64,000 nt of DNA, from contig CAVRVY010000003.1 of NCBI GenBank assembly GCA_963724765.1, positions 576,001 to 640,000 of the forward strand. Reading direction: 5' to 3'. This DNA is from an uncultured delta proteobacterium. Its GTDB lineage: Bacteria > Desulfobacterota > Binatia > Binatales > Binataceae. Positions 39,679-49,386 of the stretch are shown here, piece by piece. Every line of letters begins with the position of its first letter. Positions within the stretch are counted from its first letter, which is position 1. Position numbers and translations under genes: made by a program. The notes under the pieces are model-generated. The model saw only the letters and a program-made list of their open reading frames with translations. It was not told the DNA's origin and did not search any database.

Positions 39679-40683
39679 ATGCTGATTCTGGGAATCGAGT
39701 CCTCGTGCGACGACGCGGCCGCGGCGGTTATCGAGACAGCGCGCCCCGGCGTCGCTGCCATCCGCTCAAGCGTCATCGCCAATCAGGACGAGATCCATCG
39801 CCGCTACGGCGGCGTCGTTCCGGAACTGGCCTCGCGCAATCACGTCGTCACCATCCTGCCCGTGATCGAGCAGGCGCTGGAGGCGGCTGGATGCGCGCTC
39901 GGCGACATCGGCGCAATAGCGGTGACCCGCGGTCCGGGACTGGTCGGCTCGCTGCTGGTCGGCCTGATGTGCGCCAAAGGGCTCGCGCAGAGCCTCGGCA
40001 TCGCGTTTGTCGGGGTGAACCACATTGAAGGACACCTGCTCGCGCCGATGCTGGAGCATCGCCTTGCGATGCCGTTTCTCGCGCTGGTCGTATCGGGCGG
40101 GCATACCGAGCTCTTTGTGGTCGAAGACTTCGGCCGCTATCGCCGATTAGGCCGCACGCGCGACGACGCCGCCGGCGAGGCGTTCGACAAGGTGGCGAAG
40201 CTGATGGGCCTCGGCTATCCGGGCGGCCGGATAATCGACGAGCTTGCGCGGCAGGGGAACCGCAAGCGCGTGCGCTTTCCGCGCGCCCACGTACGCGGCG
40301 CGCCGCTCGACTTCAGTTTCAGCGGAGTGAAGACCGCCGTCGCAACGCTGTTGCGCACCGAGGCCGGCGCCGCGGCCTCGCGCGAAGATCTCGCGGCGAG
40401 CTTCCAGGAGGCGGTGGTCGACATGCTGGTTGTGCCGGCGCTGCACGCAGCGCGCGAGACCGGCATCGAGGTGATCGCGCTCACCGGCGGCGTCGCCGCC
40501 AACTCGCGCTTGCGCGAGCGCCTCACCGAGGCGGCGGCGGCGCAAGGCCGCGAGGTCATCGCGCCGTCGCTCAAGTTCTGCACCGACAATGCAGCGATGA
40601 TCGCGATGGCCGGAAGTTATCGGCTGTTGCGCGGCGAGCGCGACTCGCTAGGTATCGACGCCGAAGCCGCCCTCATCCTGTAG
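39679..40683 (+). CDS. tsaD: tRNA N6-threonylcarbamoyltransferase
   Basis: GIESSCDD, GGVVPELASR, HIEGH, SGGHT and DNAAMI motifs. Confidence 0.97.
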   Translation: MLILGIESSCDDAAAAVIETARPGVAAIRSSVIANQDEIHRRYGGVVPELASRNHVVTILPVIEQALEAAGCALGDIGAIAVTRGPGLVGSLLVGLMCAKGLAQSLGIAFVGVNHIEGHLLAPMLEHRLAMPFLALVVSGGHTELFVVEDFGRYRRLGRTRDDAAGEAFDKVAKLMGLGYPGGRIIDELARQGNRKRVRFPRAHVRGAPLDFSFSGVKTAVATLLRTEAGAAASREDLAASFQEAVVDMLVVPALHAARETGIEVIALTGGVAANSRLRERLTEAAAAQGREVIAPSLKFCTDNAAMIAMAGSYRLLRGERDSLGIDAEAALIL

Positions 40684-40696
40684 GCGCGGCCAGACG

Positions 40697-41629
40697 ATGG
40701 GGACGCCGCGAGTGATACACCCTGGACGCTCCGGAGCCGCGAGCCGCACGTCGCCGTTCGCGGTCGCCGCCGAGCTCGAGGCCGCCGGCGTGCGGCCGCG
40801 CAAATCGCGCGGCCAGAATTTCCTGGTGCAGCCGGCCATCGCCGACCGGATCGTCGCCGCGGCCACAATCGCGCCCGGCGACGAAGTGGTCGAGATCGGC
40901 CCCGGCCTGGGCATCCTGAGCGACAAGATTCTGCGCGCCGGAGTGCGCCGGCTATGGCTGCTCGAACTCGACGCGCGGCTCGCGGAGCGGCTCGAGCACG
41001 CGTTTGCCGGACATCCCGCCGTGCGCGTGATCTGCCGCGACTTTCTCGAAGTCGAGCTTGCGGAACTGGTCGAGCGGCCGCCGGTCAAGGTGATCGGCAA
41101 TCTGCCGTTCAACGCGGCTGCGGCGATCCTGCGCCGGCTCGACGAGATGCGCGCAGCGATCGGGTCGATGGTCCTGATGTTCCAGCGCGAGGTCGCCGAG
41201 CGTATTCGCGCGCGTGCGGGCGAGCGCGCGTACTCGGCGCTGAGTGTTTTTACCGCGCTCTATTGGGAGACGAGCGACCATTTCCGCGTCGCCGCCGGCA
41301 ACTTCCGTCCCGCGCCGCGCGTCGATGCGGAAGTTATCGTCTTCACGCCGCACGCGCGGGCGCCGTTTGCGCCCGCCGACGAGGCTGCGCTGCTCGGCGC
41401 AATTCGCGCCGCGTTTTCGGCCCCGCGCAAGACCATCCGCAACGCGCTCACCCGCGCGCTCGACGCCGCGCCTGAAGCCATAGCCGACGCACTTGCGCGC
41501 GCCGCCATCGATCACGCCGCGCGGCCCGCCACGCTCTCGCTCGCCGACTTCGTGCGCCTGGCCGACGCGCTCAAACGCGCAGGCGCGATCGCGACTGCGG
41601 CGGCGGCGACGGAGCCCCGCGATGCCTGA
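40697..41629 (+). CDS. rsmA: 16S rRNA dimethyladenosine transferase
   Basis: GQNFL, EIGPGLG, GNLPF and FQREVA motifs. Confidence 0.95.
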   Translation: MGTPRVIHPGRSGAASRTSPFAVAAELEAAGVRPRKSRGQNFLVQPAIADRIVAAATIAPGDEVVEIGPGLGILSDKILRAGVRRLWLLELDARLAERLEHAFAGHPAVRVICRDFLEVELAELVERPPVKVIGNLPFNAAAAILRRLDEMRAAIGSMVLMFQREVAERIRARAGERAYSALSVFTALYWETSDHFRVAAGNFRPAPRVDAEVIVFTPHARAPFAPADEAALLGAIRAAFSAPRKTIRNALTRALDAAPEAIADALARAAIDHAARPATLSLADFVRLADALKRAGAIATAAAATEPRDA

Positions 41630-42455
41630 GCTGCCCGAGGTCGAATCGCTCCGGCGAATCCTTGCGCGAACGGCGGTCGGCCGCACCATCGAGCGCGCGC
41701 GCGTCGCGGAGCCGCGTCTGCGGCGTAATGTGGCGAACGATTTTGCGGCCGGCGTCGAAGGCCGGCGCATCGAGCGCCTGGGCCGCCGCGCCAAGTATCT
41801 CATCATCGAGCTTAGCGACGGCGCCGCGATGATCGTGCATCTGGGGATGAGCGGCAGTCTGACTCATCGCGGCAAGGATTTCGACGACGCCGAATTCGCC
41901 GCGCGCCACGACCACGTCGAATTCGCGCTCGACGACCGCACCCGCCTGGTCTACAACGACCCGCGCCGCTTCGGACTGATCCGGCTGGTCGCACGCGGGG
42001 AACTCGCCGCGGCGCCCGAGCTGGCCGGGCTCGGTCCCGAGCCGCTCAGCGCCGCCTTCAATGGGGAGTACCTGGCGCGGACGGCCCGCGGCCGGCGCGC
42101 CGCGATCAAGAACCTCATCATGGATCAGCGGATCGTCGCCGGAATCGGCAATATCTATGCCTCCGAAATCCTGTTCCGCGCGCGAGTGCGGCCGACGCGC
42201 CGCGCCGCGAAGGTCACGCGCAAGGAGATCGAACGCATCGTCGCCGAGACCGCGCCTGTTCTGCGCGCGGCGATCGGCAGCCGCGGCACCACTTTTCGCA
42301 GCTATCGCGACTCGGAGGGACAGCCGGGACGATTCGCTGAGCGCCTGATGGTCTATGGGCGCGAGGGCGAGCCGTGCCGCGTGTGCAAAAGCGCGATTCG
42401 CAACGTGACGGTCGGCCAACGCGCGAGCTTTTTCTGCCCGCACTGCCAGCGCTGA
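41622..42455 (+). CDS. mutM: Formamidopyrimidine-DNA glycosylase
   Basis: MPELPEVE, HLGMSG, GIGNIYASE and a C-terminal zinc finger. Confidence 0.97.
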   Translation: MPELPEVESLRRILARTAVGRTIERARVAEPRLRRNVANDFAAGVEGRRIERLGRRAKYLIIELSDGAAMIVHLGMSGSLTHRGKDFDDAEFAARHDHVEFALDDRTRLVYNDPRRFGLIRLVARGELAAAPELAGLGPEPLSAAFNGEYLARTARGRRAAIKNLIMDQRIVAGIGNIYASEILFRARVRPTRRAAKVTRKEIERIVAETAPVLRAAIGSRGTTFRSYRDSEGQPGRFAERLMVYGREGEPCRVCKSAIRNVTVGQRASFFCPHCQR

Positions 42456-42466
42456 GCCGCAACCCG

Positions 42467-43084
42467 TTACTCGGCGTCGGCCTGTCCCGAGCGCAGGTGA
42501 AACGCGATCGCGTCTTCGAGGCGGTCGTTACCCCAGAACAGTTCCTTGCCGGCCATCATCGTCGGAGCGCCGAAGATACCGTGCACCACGGCCCATTGAT
42601 TCTGCTCGCGCAGGCGCTGCTTGTTCTCCGGCGCCTCGGCGCGCTGGAGCACTTCGCGCGGCGGCTGACCGACCGTGGCTAGGATCTCCGCGATGGTTGC
42701 GGTCTGCGAAATCTCGCGGTCCTCGGCAAAGTTGGCGCGAAAGACTGCGCGCACGAAGTGCGGACACCATGGTTCCTCGGCTGCCATACAGGCGATGCGC
42801 GCCGCCAGCAGGCCGCTTCGCGGGAACTTGCTCGGGCGGCGAAACGGAATTTCGTATTTCTCGCACAGCCGCTCCATGTCGCGCCACATGTAACGGCCCT
42901 TCAGCGGATAGAGGTTGAACGGCGAGTCGCCCCATCCCTGCGACGCGAAGATCGGGCCGAGCAGAAACGGACGCCATCGCAGGCGCACGCCAGCGGCCGC
43001 CGCGACCTCGTCGATCCGCGAAGCCGCCAGATATGAGTAGGTACTCGCGAACTCGAACCAGAATTCCAGCGCTTCCTGTTCCAT
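42467..43084 (-). CDS. 2-hydroxychromene-2-carboxylate isomerase / DsbA-like (kappa GST) protein
   Basis: FEFASTYSY, WRPFLLG, GIFGAPT and FWGNDRL motifs. ATG at 43084. Confidence 0.9.
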   Translation of the reverse strand: MEQEALEFWFEFASTYSYLAASRIDEVAAAAGVRLRWRPFLLGPIFASQGWGDSPFNLYPLKGRYMWRDMERLCEKYEIPFRRPSKFPRSGLLAARIACMAAEEPWCPHFVRAVFRANFAEDREISQTATIAEILATVGQPPREVLQRAEAPENKQRLREQNQWAVVHGIFGAPTMMAGKELFWGNDRLEDAIAFHLRSGQADAE

Positions 43085-43214
43085 GCTATTCTTGCCCGCG
43101 CAGTCTGGCCGAACGATAGCGAATCGGTGCTGCGATGGAAACGCTCGCAGCACGGGCGTGATTGGCGGCGGTAGCTGGCGAGACACCGTCGCGGACCATA
43201 GAATGGTCCGTGTG

Positions 43215-43616
43215 ATGACGGATATCCGGATTCGTACGAGCGAGCGCGTGCAGCTGGTCGATATCACCGGCGACGTTACACGCGCAGTTGAACAAAGCGG
43301 CGTCAGTATCGGGCTCTGCAATCTCTTCATTACGCATACCACCGCCGCCGTAATCGTGTCGGAAAACTGGGATCCCGACGTTACCTCCGACCTGCTGCGC
43401 CATCTCGAGCGCCTGGTACCGCTCAAGGGCGACTTCCGCCACGCCGAGGGCAATTCGCAGGCGCACATTCTTTCGGTGATGCTGAGTACGTCGATCAATA
43501 TTCCGGTGCGCGAAAACAAGCTCGCGCTCGGCCGATGGCAGGGCGTGATGCTGGCTGAGTTCGACGGCCCGCGCGAACGCACGGTGATAGTGAGCCTCGC
43601 CCGGCTCGCCGGATAG
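43215..43616 (+). CDS. yjbQ: YjbQ/UPF0047 family protein
   Basis: HTTAAV, HAEGNSQAH, LGRWQG and EFDGPR motifs. Confidence 0.9.
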   Translation: MTDIRIRTSERVQLVDITGDVTRAVEQSGVSIGLCNLFITHTTAAVIVSENWDPDVTSDLLRHLERLVPLKGDFRHAEGNSQAHILSVMLSTSINIPVRENKLALGRWQGVMLAEFDGPRERTVIVSLARLAG

Positions 43617-43654
43617 CGGACGGACGCGAGCGGGAAAACAGGCCGAGGGGGACG

Positions 43655-44617
43655 ATGGAGCAGGTTCCTGCGATTGTCAGCGATGTGGCTGCGTTGGCGC
43701 TGGGAGCGTGCGTCGGCAGTTTTGCGGTGACGGTCGCTTACCGATTGCCGCGCGACATCTCGATCGCGACCCCGCGATCGTTCTGCGAAAGCTGCGAGCG
43801 CCCGATCCCGTGGTGGGCCAATATTCCGATCTTCGCCTACCTGGCCTCGCGCGGGCGTTGCCTGATGTGCGGGGCGCCGATTCGTGCGCGCCATCTAGGC
43901 GGCGAACTCGCGCTCGCGCTGGCCGCGCTTTATCTGTATGCGAATTTTCCACTGGGCGACGCGATCGCGCGTTTCATCTTCATCACCGCGCTGCTCGTCT
44001 CCTCGCTGGTCGACTACGACTGGCGGCTCATCCCCAACCTGATCACGTTTCCCGGCGTCCCGGTGGGTTTTGTGCTGGCCGCGCTGTTTATGCCCGAGGT
44101 CGGATGGAAGAGCTCGCTCATCGGGATAGCCGTCGGCGCGGGAGTCCTGTTGGTGACCGGCTACCTTTACCAGCTCGCGCGCGGACAGGAGGGCATCGGC
44201 CTGGGCGACGTGTTCCTGCTCGCGATGGTGGGCGCGTTCATCGGATGGCAGGGCGTGCTGTTCACGCTGTTTTTTGGCGCGCTGCTCGGATCGTTTGGCG
44301 GGCTCGCGATCGGACTGTTCGGAACTCCCAGACAGGCGCCCGACCTACCGCCGAGCGCGCGTGAAGCGGCCACTGATCCAGCTCCTGCCCCGTCCGGCGC
44401 TGTGGCGGCGCAAGCTGGTACGGGATCGGCAGTCTCGCAAACCGAAGCGGCAGCGGCGATCTCAATCGATCCGCAAGCGCCCGATAGCGCGGCGGCGGAA
44501 AACGAGGAGCACGCGCTGCTCGCGACCGCGGTGCCATTCGGACCTTTCCTGTCGCTGGCGGCGGGCTTTTACACGTTCTTTCAACCGCAGCTCGTAAGCT
44601 GGTATCTATCGCGCTGA
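43655..44617 (+). CDS. pilD: Prepilin peptidase (A24A)
   Basis: GSF..YRLP, two CxxC pairs, IGLGD and PFGPFL motifs. Confidence 0.92.
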   Translation: MEQVPAIVSDVAALALGACVGSFAVTVAYRLPRDISIATPRSFCESCERPIPWWANIPIFAYLASRGRCLMCGAPIRARHLGGELALALAALYLYANFPLGDAIARFIFITALLVSSLVDYDWRLIPNLITFPGVPVGFVLAALFMPEVGWKSSLIGIAVGAGVLLVTGYLYQLARGQEGIGLGDVFLLAMVGAFIGWQGVLFTLFFGALLGSFGGLAIGLFGTPRQAPDLPPSAREAATDPAPAPSGAVAAQAGTGSAVSQTEAAAAISIDPQAPDSAAAENEEHALLATAVPFGPFLSLAAGFYTFFQPQLVSWYLSR

Positions 44618-45255
44618 TGGCGGCCGGCATCTTCATCACACTCGAGGGGGTCGAGGGCTCGGGCAAGACCACTCAGGCGGCGATTCTGGCCGACGAATTG
44701 CGCCGGCGCGGGCGGCGCGTGACGCTCACCCACGAGCCCGGCGGCACGCGCGCGGGCGAGGCGATTCGCGCGATCTTCCTCGATCCGGCGGTCTCATTGG
44801 GAGTCGCCTCAGAGCTCTTGCTGGTGCTGGCCGACCGCGCGCAACATGTGCGCGAGAAGCTGCGCCCAGCCCTGGAAGCCGGTGAGATCGTTATCTCCGA
44901 CCGCTATTCCGACTCGACCACCGCCTACCAGGGTCACGGCCGCGGCTTCGACCTCAAGCTGGTTGACGAGCTCAACCGGCTCGCCAGCGACGGTATCCGG
45001 CCCGCGCTCACGATCGTGCTCGATTGTCCGGTCGAGATTGGACTGGTGCGCACGCGCGCGCGCGCCCGCGGCGACGTGCGCGGCTACGACCGCTTCGAGG
45101 GCGAGCAGGTGGATTTCCATCGCCGGGTGCGCGAGGGCTTCATGACCATCGCGCGCGCCGAGCCCGACCGGGTCACGGTCATCGACTCGACGCGCGAGCT
45201 CGCCGCCGTCAGCACCGACATCCTGATCGCGGTCGAGCGGCTGGTGGGCCACTGA
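44617..45255 (+). CDS. tmk: Thymidylate kinase
   Basis: EGVEGSGKTT, EPGGT and SDRY..ST.AYQG motifs. Confidence 0.96.
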   Translation: MAAGIFITLEGVEGSGKTTQAAILADELRRRGRRVTLTHEPGGTRAGEAIRAIFLDPAVSLGVASELLLVLADRAQHVREKLRPALEAGEIVISDRYSDSTTAYQGHGRGFDLKLVDELNRLASDGIRPALTIVLDCPVEIGLVRTRARARGDVRGYDRFEGEQVDFHRRVREGFMTIARAEPDRVTVIDSTRELAAVSTDILIAVERLVGH

Positions 45256-46334
45256 TGCCGCTTGACGGGGTGCGCGGTAACCGCGAAACCATCGAGCGGC
45301 TCAACGCGGAACTTCTCTTTCGTCCCTCCCACGCCTACCTGCTGGCCGGTCCGCGCGGGATAGGTAAGGCGTTGGTCGCGCGCGGCTTCGCCCACGCGCT
45401 CTTGTGCGAGCGCACGCCGGGGCCCAGTTTCTGTTGCCGGGTGGAGAATTGCCCGGTGCGCGAGGCCGGAAAATCGACGCCGCGCGGACGCGGCACCGAT
45501 CGCGCGGGCGGCGCGGCGCGATGCGAGTGTTGCGCGTCGTGCGTGCAGGTCGCCGCGGGCGTGCATCCGGACTTCACCGCTATCGCGCGCGCCGAAGGCC
45601 GCAGCGAGGTGCTGATCGAGCAGGTGCGCGATCTTATCGCGCGGCTGGGTACGCGGCCGAGCCGCGGCGCGCGGCGCGTCGCGATCATCGACGACGCCGA
45701 GACGCTCGGCATCCCGGCCCAAAACGCACTCCTCAAGACGCTCGAGGAACCGCCCGGTCATGCGATCGTCTTCATGGTCGCCGAAAGCGAGCGCGCGCTG
45801 CTCGACACGGTGCGATCGCGCCTGCGGCTGGTGCGCTTCGCTCCGCTGGAGCTGGGCGACATCGAGGCGATCGTCGGCGCACGCTCCGGGGTGGACGCCG
45901 AGCGTGCCGCGGCGCTCGCGCGTCTCGCGCGCGGCAGCGCCGGGCGCGCGCTCAAGCTGGCGGGCGGCGCCGAGCCGCCGATCCGCGAGCTGCTGAACGC
46001 GCTTGGCGGCGCGCGGCGGCTGGACTTCGCCCAGGCCCAGGCATTGGCGCAGGAATTCTTCGCCAGCCGCGAGCAGGCGGCCGAGAACTTCGAGTTGATC
46101 GCGCGGGTGCTTGAGGAAATACTGTGTCTCAAGCTGATGCGAACGCAGGCGGCGGCCGCGCCCGAGGTCGCCGAGACGATGACGAAGCTGGCCGAAAGTT
46201 TCGCGCTCGAGGCGGTGCTCGTGAGCCTCAAAGGCGCGGTTGAGGCGAGCGCCGCGATTGACGCGATGGCGAATCCGCGCATGCAGGCCGAACAGTGGTG
46301 GATGACGGTGCGCGACGCACTGGGGAGCCAATAG
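45255..46334 (+). CDS. holB: DNA polymerase III delta-prime subunit
   Basis: HAYLLAGPRGIGK, HPD, NALLKTLEEP and TVRSR motifs; tmk-holB-ricT-metG synteny. Confidence 0.93.
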   Translation: MPLDGVRGNRETIERLNAELLFRPSHAYLLAGPRGIGKALVARGFAHALLCERTPGPSFCCRVENCPVREAGKSTPRGRGTDRAGGAARCECCASCVQVAAGVHPDFTAIARAEGRSEVLIEQVRDLIARLGTRPSRGARRVAIIDDAETLGIPAQNALLKTLEEPPGHAIVFMVAESERALLDTVRSRLRLVRFAPLELGDIEAIVGARSGVDAERAAALARLARGSAGRALKLAGGAEPPIRELLNALGGARRLDFAQAQALAQEFFASREQAAENFELIARVLEEILCLKLMRTQAAAAPEVAETMTKLAESFALEAVLVSLKGAVEASAAIDAMANPRMQAEQWWMTVRDALGSQ

Positions 46335-46347
46335 TGGGGGGCAAATA

Positions 46348-47199
46348 GTGTCGAACCATATCGACCCGTTCGAAGGCGCTCCGCAACTGCCCCGGATTGT
46401 CGCGGTCAGCTTTCTTGCGGTCGGCCATCTCTACAACTTTCTCGCCGGCGGCCTCACGCTCAGGCGCGGCGACCGCGTGGTGGTCGAGGGCGAGACCGGC
46501 GTGCGCATCGGGACCGTCGAGGTCGAGCCGCACGAGCCCGCACGCACGCTCGACCTTCGCGCGCTCCACCCGGTGCTGCGGCTGGCCGAGGCGGGCGACG
46601 TCGACAGCGAGACGGGAAATATCGACCGCGAGGCGGCGGCGCGGCGGCTGTGCCTGCATCGCATCCGCGAGCGCAACTTGACGATGAAGCTTATCAGCGT
46701 CGATTACATGCTCGACGGGCGCAAGGCGGTCTTCTATTTCACCGCCGAGAACCGAATCGATTTCCGCGACCTCGTGCGCGACCTCGCCAACACGCTGCGT
46801 GTGCGGGTCGAAATGAAACAGATCGGCGCGCGCGACGAGACCAAGGTGACCGGCGCGGTGGGGCCGTGCGGGCGCGAGTTGTGCTGCTCGTCGTGGCTGC
46901 GCGACTTCGAGGCGATCACGGTCAAGATGGCGCGCGAGCAGGGCCTGGCGCTCAATCCGTCGCGGCTGGCCGGGATGTGCGGGCGGCTGAAGTGCTGCCT
47001 GCGCTACGAGTATTCGACTTACCTCGAACTGCGGCGCGGCCTGCCCCACGTCGGCAAGCGCGTGCAATCGGTCAAGGGCGACGGCAAGGTGTTGCGCCAG
47101 AACATCCTCAAGCAGACTGTGCTGATCCAGCGCGACGAGGACGGCGGCGTGGTCGAGGCCGCGCTGCAGGATCTGGTGGACCCGCGCCCGCAGGCTTGA
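46348..47199 (+). CDS. ricT: PSP1 domain / RicT (YaaT) protein
   Basis: FYFTAENRIDFRDLV, GPCGRELCC and GMCGRLKCCL motifs. Confidence 0.92.
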   Translation: MSNHIDPFEGAPQLPRIVAVSFLAVGHLYNFLAGGLTLRRGDRVVVEGETGVRIGTVEVEPHEPARTLDLRALHPVLRLAEAGDVDSETGNIDREAAARRLCLHRIRERNLTMKLISVDYMLDGRKAVFYFTAENRIDFRDLVRDLANTLRVRVEMKQIGARDETKVTGAVGPCGRELCCSSWLRDFEAITVKMAREQGLALNPSRLAGMCGRLKCCLRYEYSTYLELRRGLPHVGKRVQSVKGDGKVLRQNILKQTVLIQRDEDGGVVEAALQDLVDPRPQA

Positions 47200-47322
47200 G
47201 CCGCCCCGGCCCCGCCAAGTAGCATCGAAACGCCGCTTTTCCGCGCGTGCCGCAAGACGCGCGTGGACCGGCGCAGAAAACTACTCGCGCTGAAACTACT
47301 GCTCAGGAAACCGCATCCCCAG

Positions 47323-48870
47323 ATGGCCGAGCGCATCCACATCACGACCGCGATTTTCTACTGCAACGGCACGCCGCACGTCGGCAGTGCTTACGAGGCG
47401 CTCGCCGCCGACGTCTTCGCGCGCTACCAGCGGCGCAAGCTGGGACGCGAAAACGTGAGCTTCCTGAGCGGCACCGACGAGCACGGCGACAAAATTCGGC
47501 GCGCCGCGCTCGCCCAGGGGCTCAAGCCGCAAGCCTACACCGACAAGATGAGCGCGCTGTTCGACGAGGCCTTCCGCGGCCTCGGCGTCAGCTACGACTA
47601 CTGGGTGCGCACCACCGACGAGGTGCACCAGAAGTGGGTGCAGGAGATGCTGCGGCGCACGCACGCGCGCGGCGACATCTACTTTCGCAACTACGAGGGG
47701 TTGTATTGCGTCGATTGCGAGCGTTTCTATACCGAAAAGGAACTGCTGCCCGGCAACGTCTGTCCCACGCACAACCGCCCGGTGGAGCTCATCAGCGAGG
47801 GCAACTACTTCCTGCGTATCGAGAAATACCGCGAGCAGGTGCTGGAGCATATCCGCCGCAATCCCGATTTCATCCGGCCCGAGCGCTACCGCAAGGAGGC
47901 GCTCAACATGCTGTCCGAGCCGCTGACCGATCTCTGCATCTCGCGGCCCAAGGCGCGGCTGGATTGGGGAATCGAACTGCCTTTCGATTCCAACTACGTC
48001 ACCTACGTCTGGTATGACGCATTCTGGGCGTATGTCAGTCATCCGGCGACCAACGATCCCGATTTCGTCGAGCAGGTGTGGCCCCACACAGAGCATTTCA
48101 TCGGCAAGGATATTCTGAAGACCCACGCGGTGTATTGGCCGCCGATCCTGCTCGCCGCGGGGCTGCCGCTGTTCAAGCATCTCAATGTCCACGGATGGCT
48201 CAATTTCGGCGGCGCGAGGATGTCCAAAAGCTCGGGCAACGTGCGCGATCCGGTCTCCTACGAGCAGGCTTTCGGCGCCGACGTGCTGCGCTACTTCCTG
48301 ATGCGCGAGGTGGTCTACGGACTGGACGGCGATTTTTCCGAGGAGCGGCTGGTCGAACGCTACAACGCGGAGTTGGCCAACGACCTCGGCAATCTGAGCA
48401 GCCGGGTGCTCGCGATGGCGGGGCGGTATTTCAAGGGCGAGGTAACTGCGACGCCGGGCGCGGGCGGCGAGGAAATCGATCGCACACTCAGCGAGGAGTT
48501 TCGTGCGGCGCCCGCGCGCGCGGGCGCGATGGAGGACGAACTCGCGTTCAATCGCGGACTCGACGCGGTATGGCAGGTGCTGGATGCGGCCAACAAGTAT
48601 ATCGCCGCGACCGCGCCGTTTACGCTCGCCAAAGACCCGGACAAGCTGCCGCGCGTCGCACAGATACTAGCCAACCTGCTCGAGGGGTTGCGCGTGATCG
48701 CAGCCACGCTGGAGCCTTTCATGCCGCGGCAGGCGGCGAAGCTACTCGACCTGCTCGGCGTCGACGAGCCGGCAGCGTACGCGCCATTCGGCGCGGGACT
48801 CAAGCCCGGCGATCGCGTCAAGGCGCCGGTCGCGCTCTTCCCGCGAATCGATAAGACCGAACGCACGTAG
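47323..48870 (+). CDS. metG: Methionyl-tRNA synthetase (short form)
   Basis: PHVGSAY (HIGH), GTDEHG, YVWYDA, GKDI and RMSKS motifs. No C-terminal Trbp111-like domain. Confidence 0.96.
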   Translation: MAERIHITTAIFYCNGTPHVGSAYEALAADVFARYQRRKLGRENVSFLSGTDEHGDKIRRAALAQGLKPQAYTDKMSALFDEAFRGLGVSYDYWVRTTDEVHQKWVQEMLRRTHARGDIYFRNYEGLYCVDCERFYTEKELLPGNVCPTHNRPVELISEGNYFLRIEKYREQVLEHIRRNPDFIRPERYRKEALNMLSEPLTDLCISRPKARLDWGIELPFDSNYVTYVWYDAFWAYVSHPATNDPDFVEQVWPHTEHFIGKDILKTHAVYWPPILLAAGLPLFKHLNVHGWLNFGGARMSKSSGNVRDPVSYEQAFGADVLRYFLMREVVYGLDGDFSEERLVERYNAELANDLGNLSSRVLAMAGRYFKGEVTATPGAGGEEIDRTLSEEFRAAPARAGAMEDELAFNRGLDAVWQVLDAANKYIAATAPFTLAKDPDKLPRVAQILANLLEGLRVIAATLEPFMPRQAAKLLDLLGVDEPAAYAPFGAGLKPGDRVKAPVALFPRIDKTERT

Positions 48871-48944
48871 CTTTCGACGCTGGTCTCAGAATCCGAAAAC
48901 GGGATCGACACCGTGCCGGCAGGTCAGCCCACCTGCGCGCTGGA

Positions 48945-49136
48945 TTACTGAAATCTGTGTCTTAGCTGCTCGATTGGTTCATCGACCACGAGGCTCAGGT
49001 CGCTGTCGAAGCAGACCTTCGTTTCCAATCGCTTTGATCCGTCATGCGCGAGCGACTCCACGCCCTCGAAGTACGCGATACGGTCGCTGTTTATCCAGAC
49101 TGACTGCCCACCTTTATTAAGCCTCACAAACGCCAT
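48945..49136 (-). CDS. Small hypothetical protein, FlbD/SwrD-like pattern
   Basis: FVRLN..VWINSDRI..TKVCF..LVVDEPIEQL follows the FlbD-type residue spacing. Confidence 0.55.
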   Translation of the reverse strand: MAFVRLNKGGQSVWINSDRIAYFEGVESLAHDGSKRLETKVCFDSDLSLVVDEPIEQLRHRFQ

Positions 49137-49386
49137 CTGCCGCTTCCGCCTTCTGTTCCTGGATTGGCCACCTCACGCAGGTGGCTCTTCACCCTTAAAG
49201 ATTGGCCGCGCACAATCAACACCTGCCAGTGTGTCGGTGTCCTGCGACGACCTTTACACAGCCCAAGCAGTCATTTTGGCCTCAGCGTGAATTTATTCTA
49301 AGGATGACCGAAGAAAAGAGCCTTATCGAAGAAGCGGACTCTCCTCGCTACGATGACCGGCTTCTTTTACGTGAACAATTGGCGCA

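Noticed and set aside
43085-43894. Apparent 270-aa N-terminal extension of the HCCA isomerase (ORF 42467..43894)
   Set aside because: It overlaps yjbQ and pilD on the opposite strand; the family domain begins at ATG 43084.
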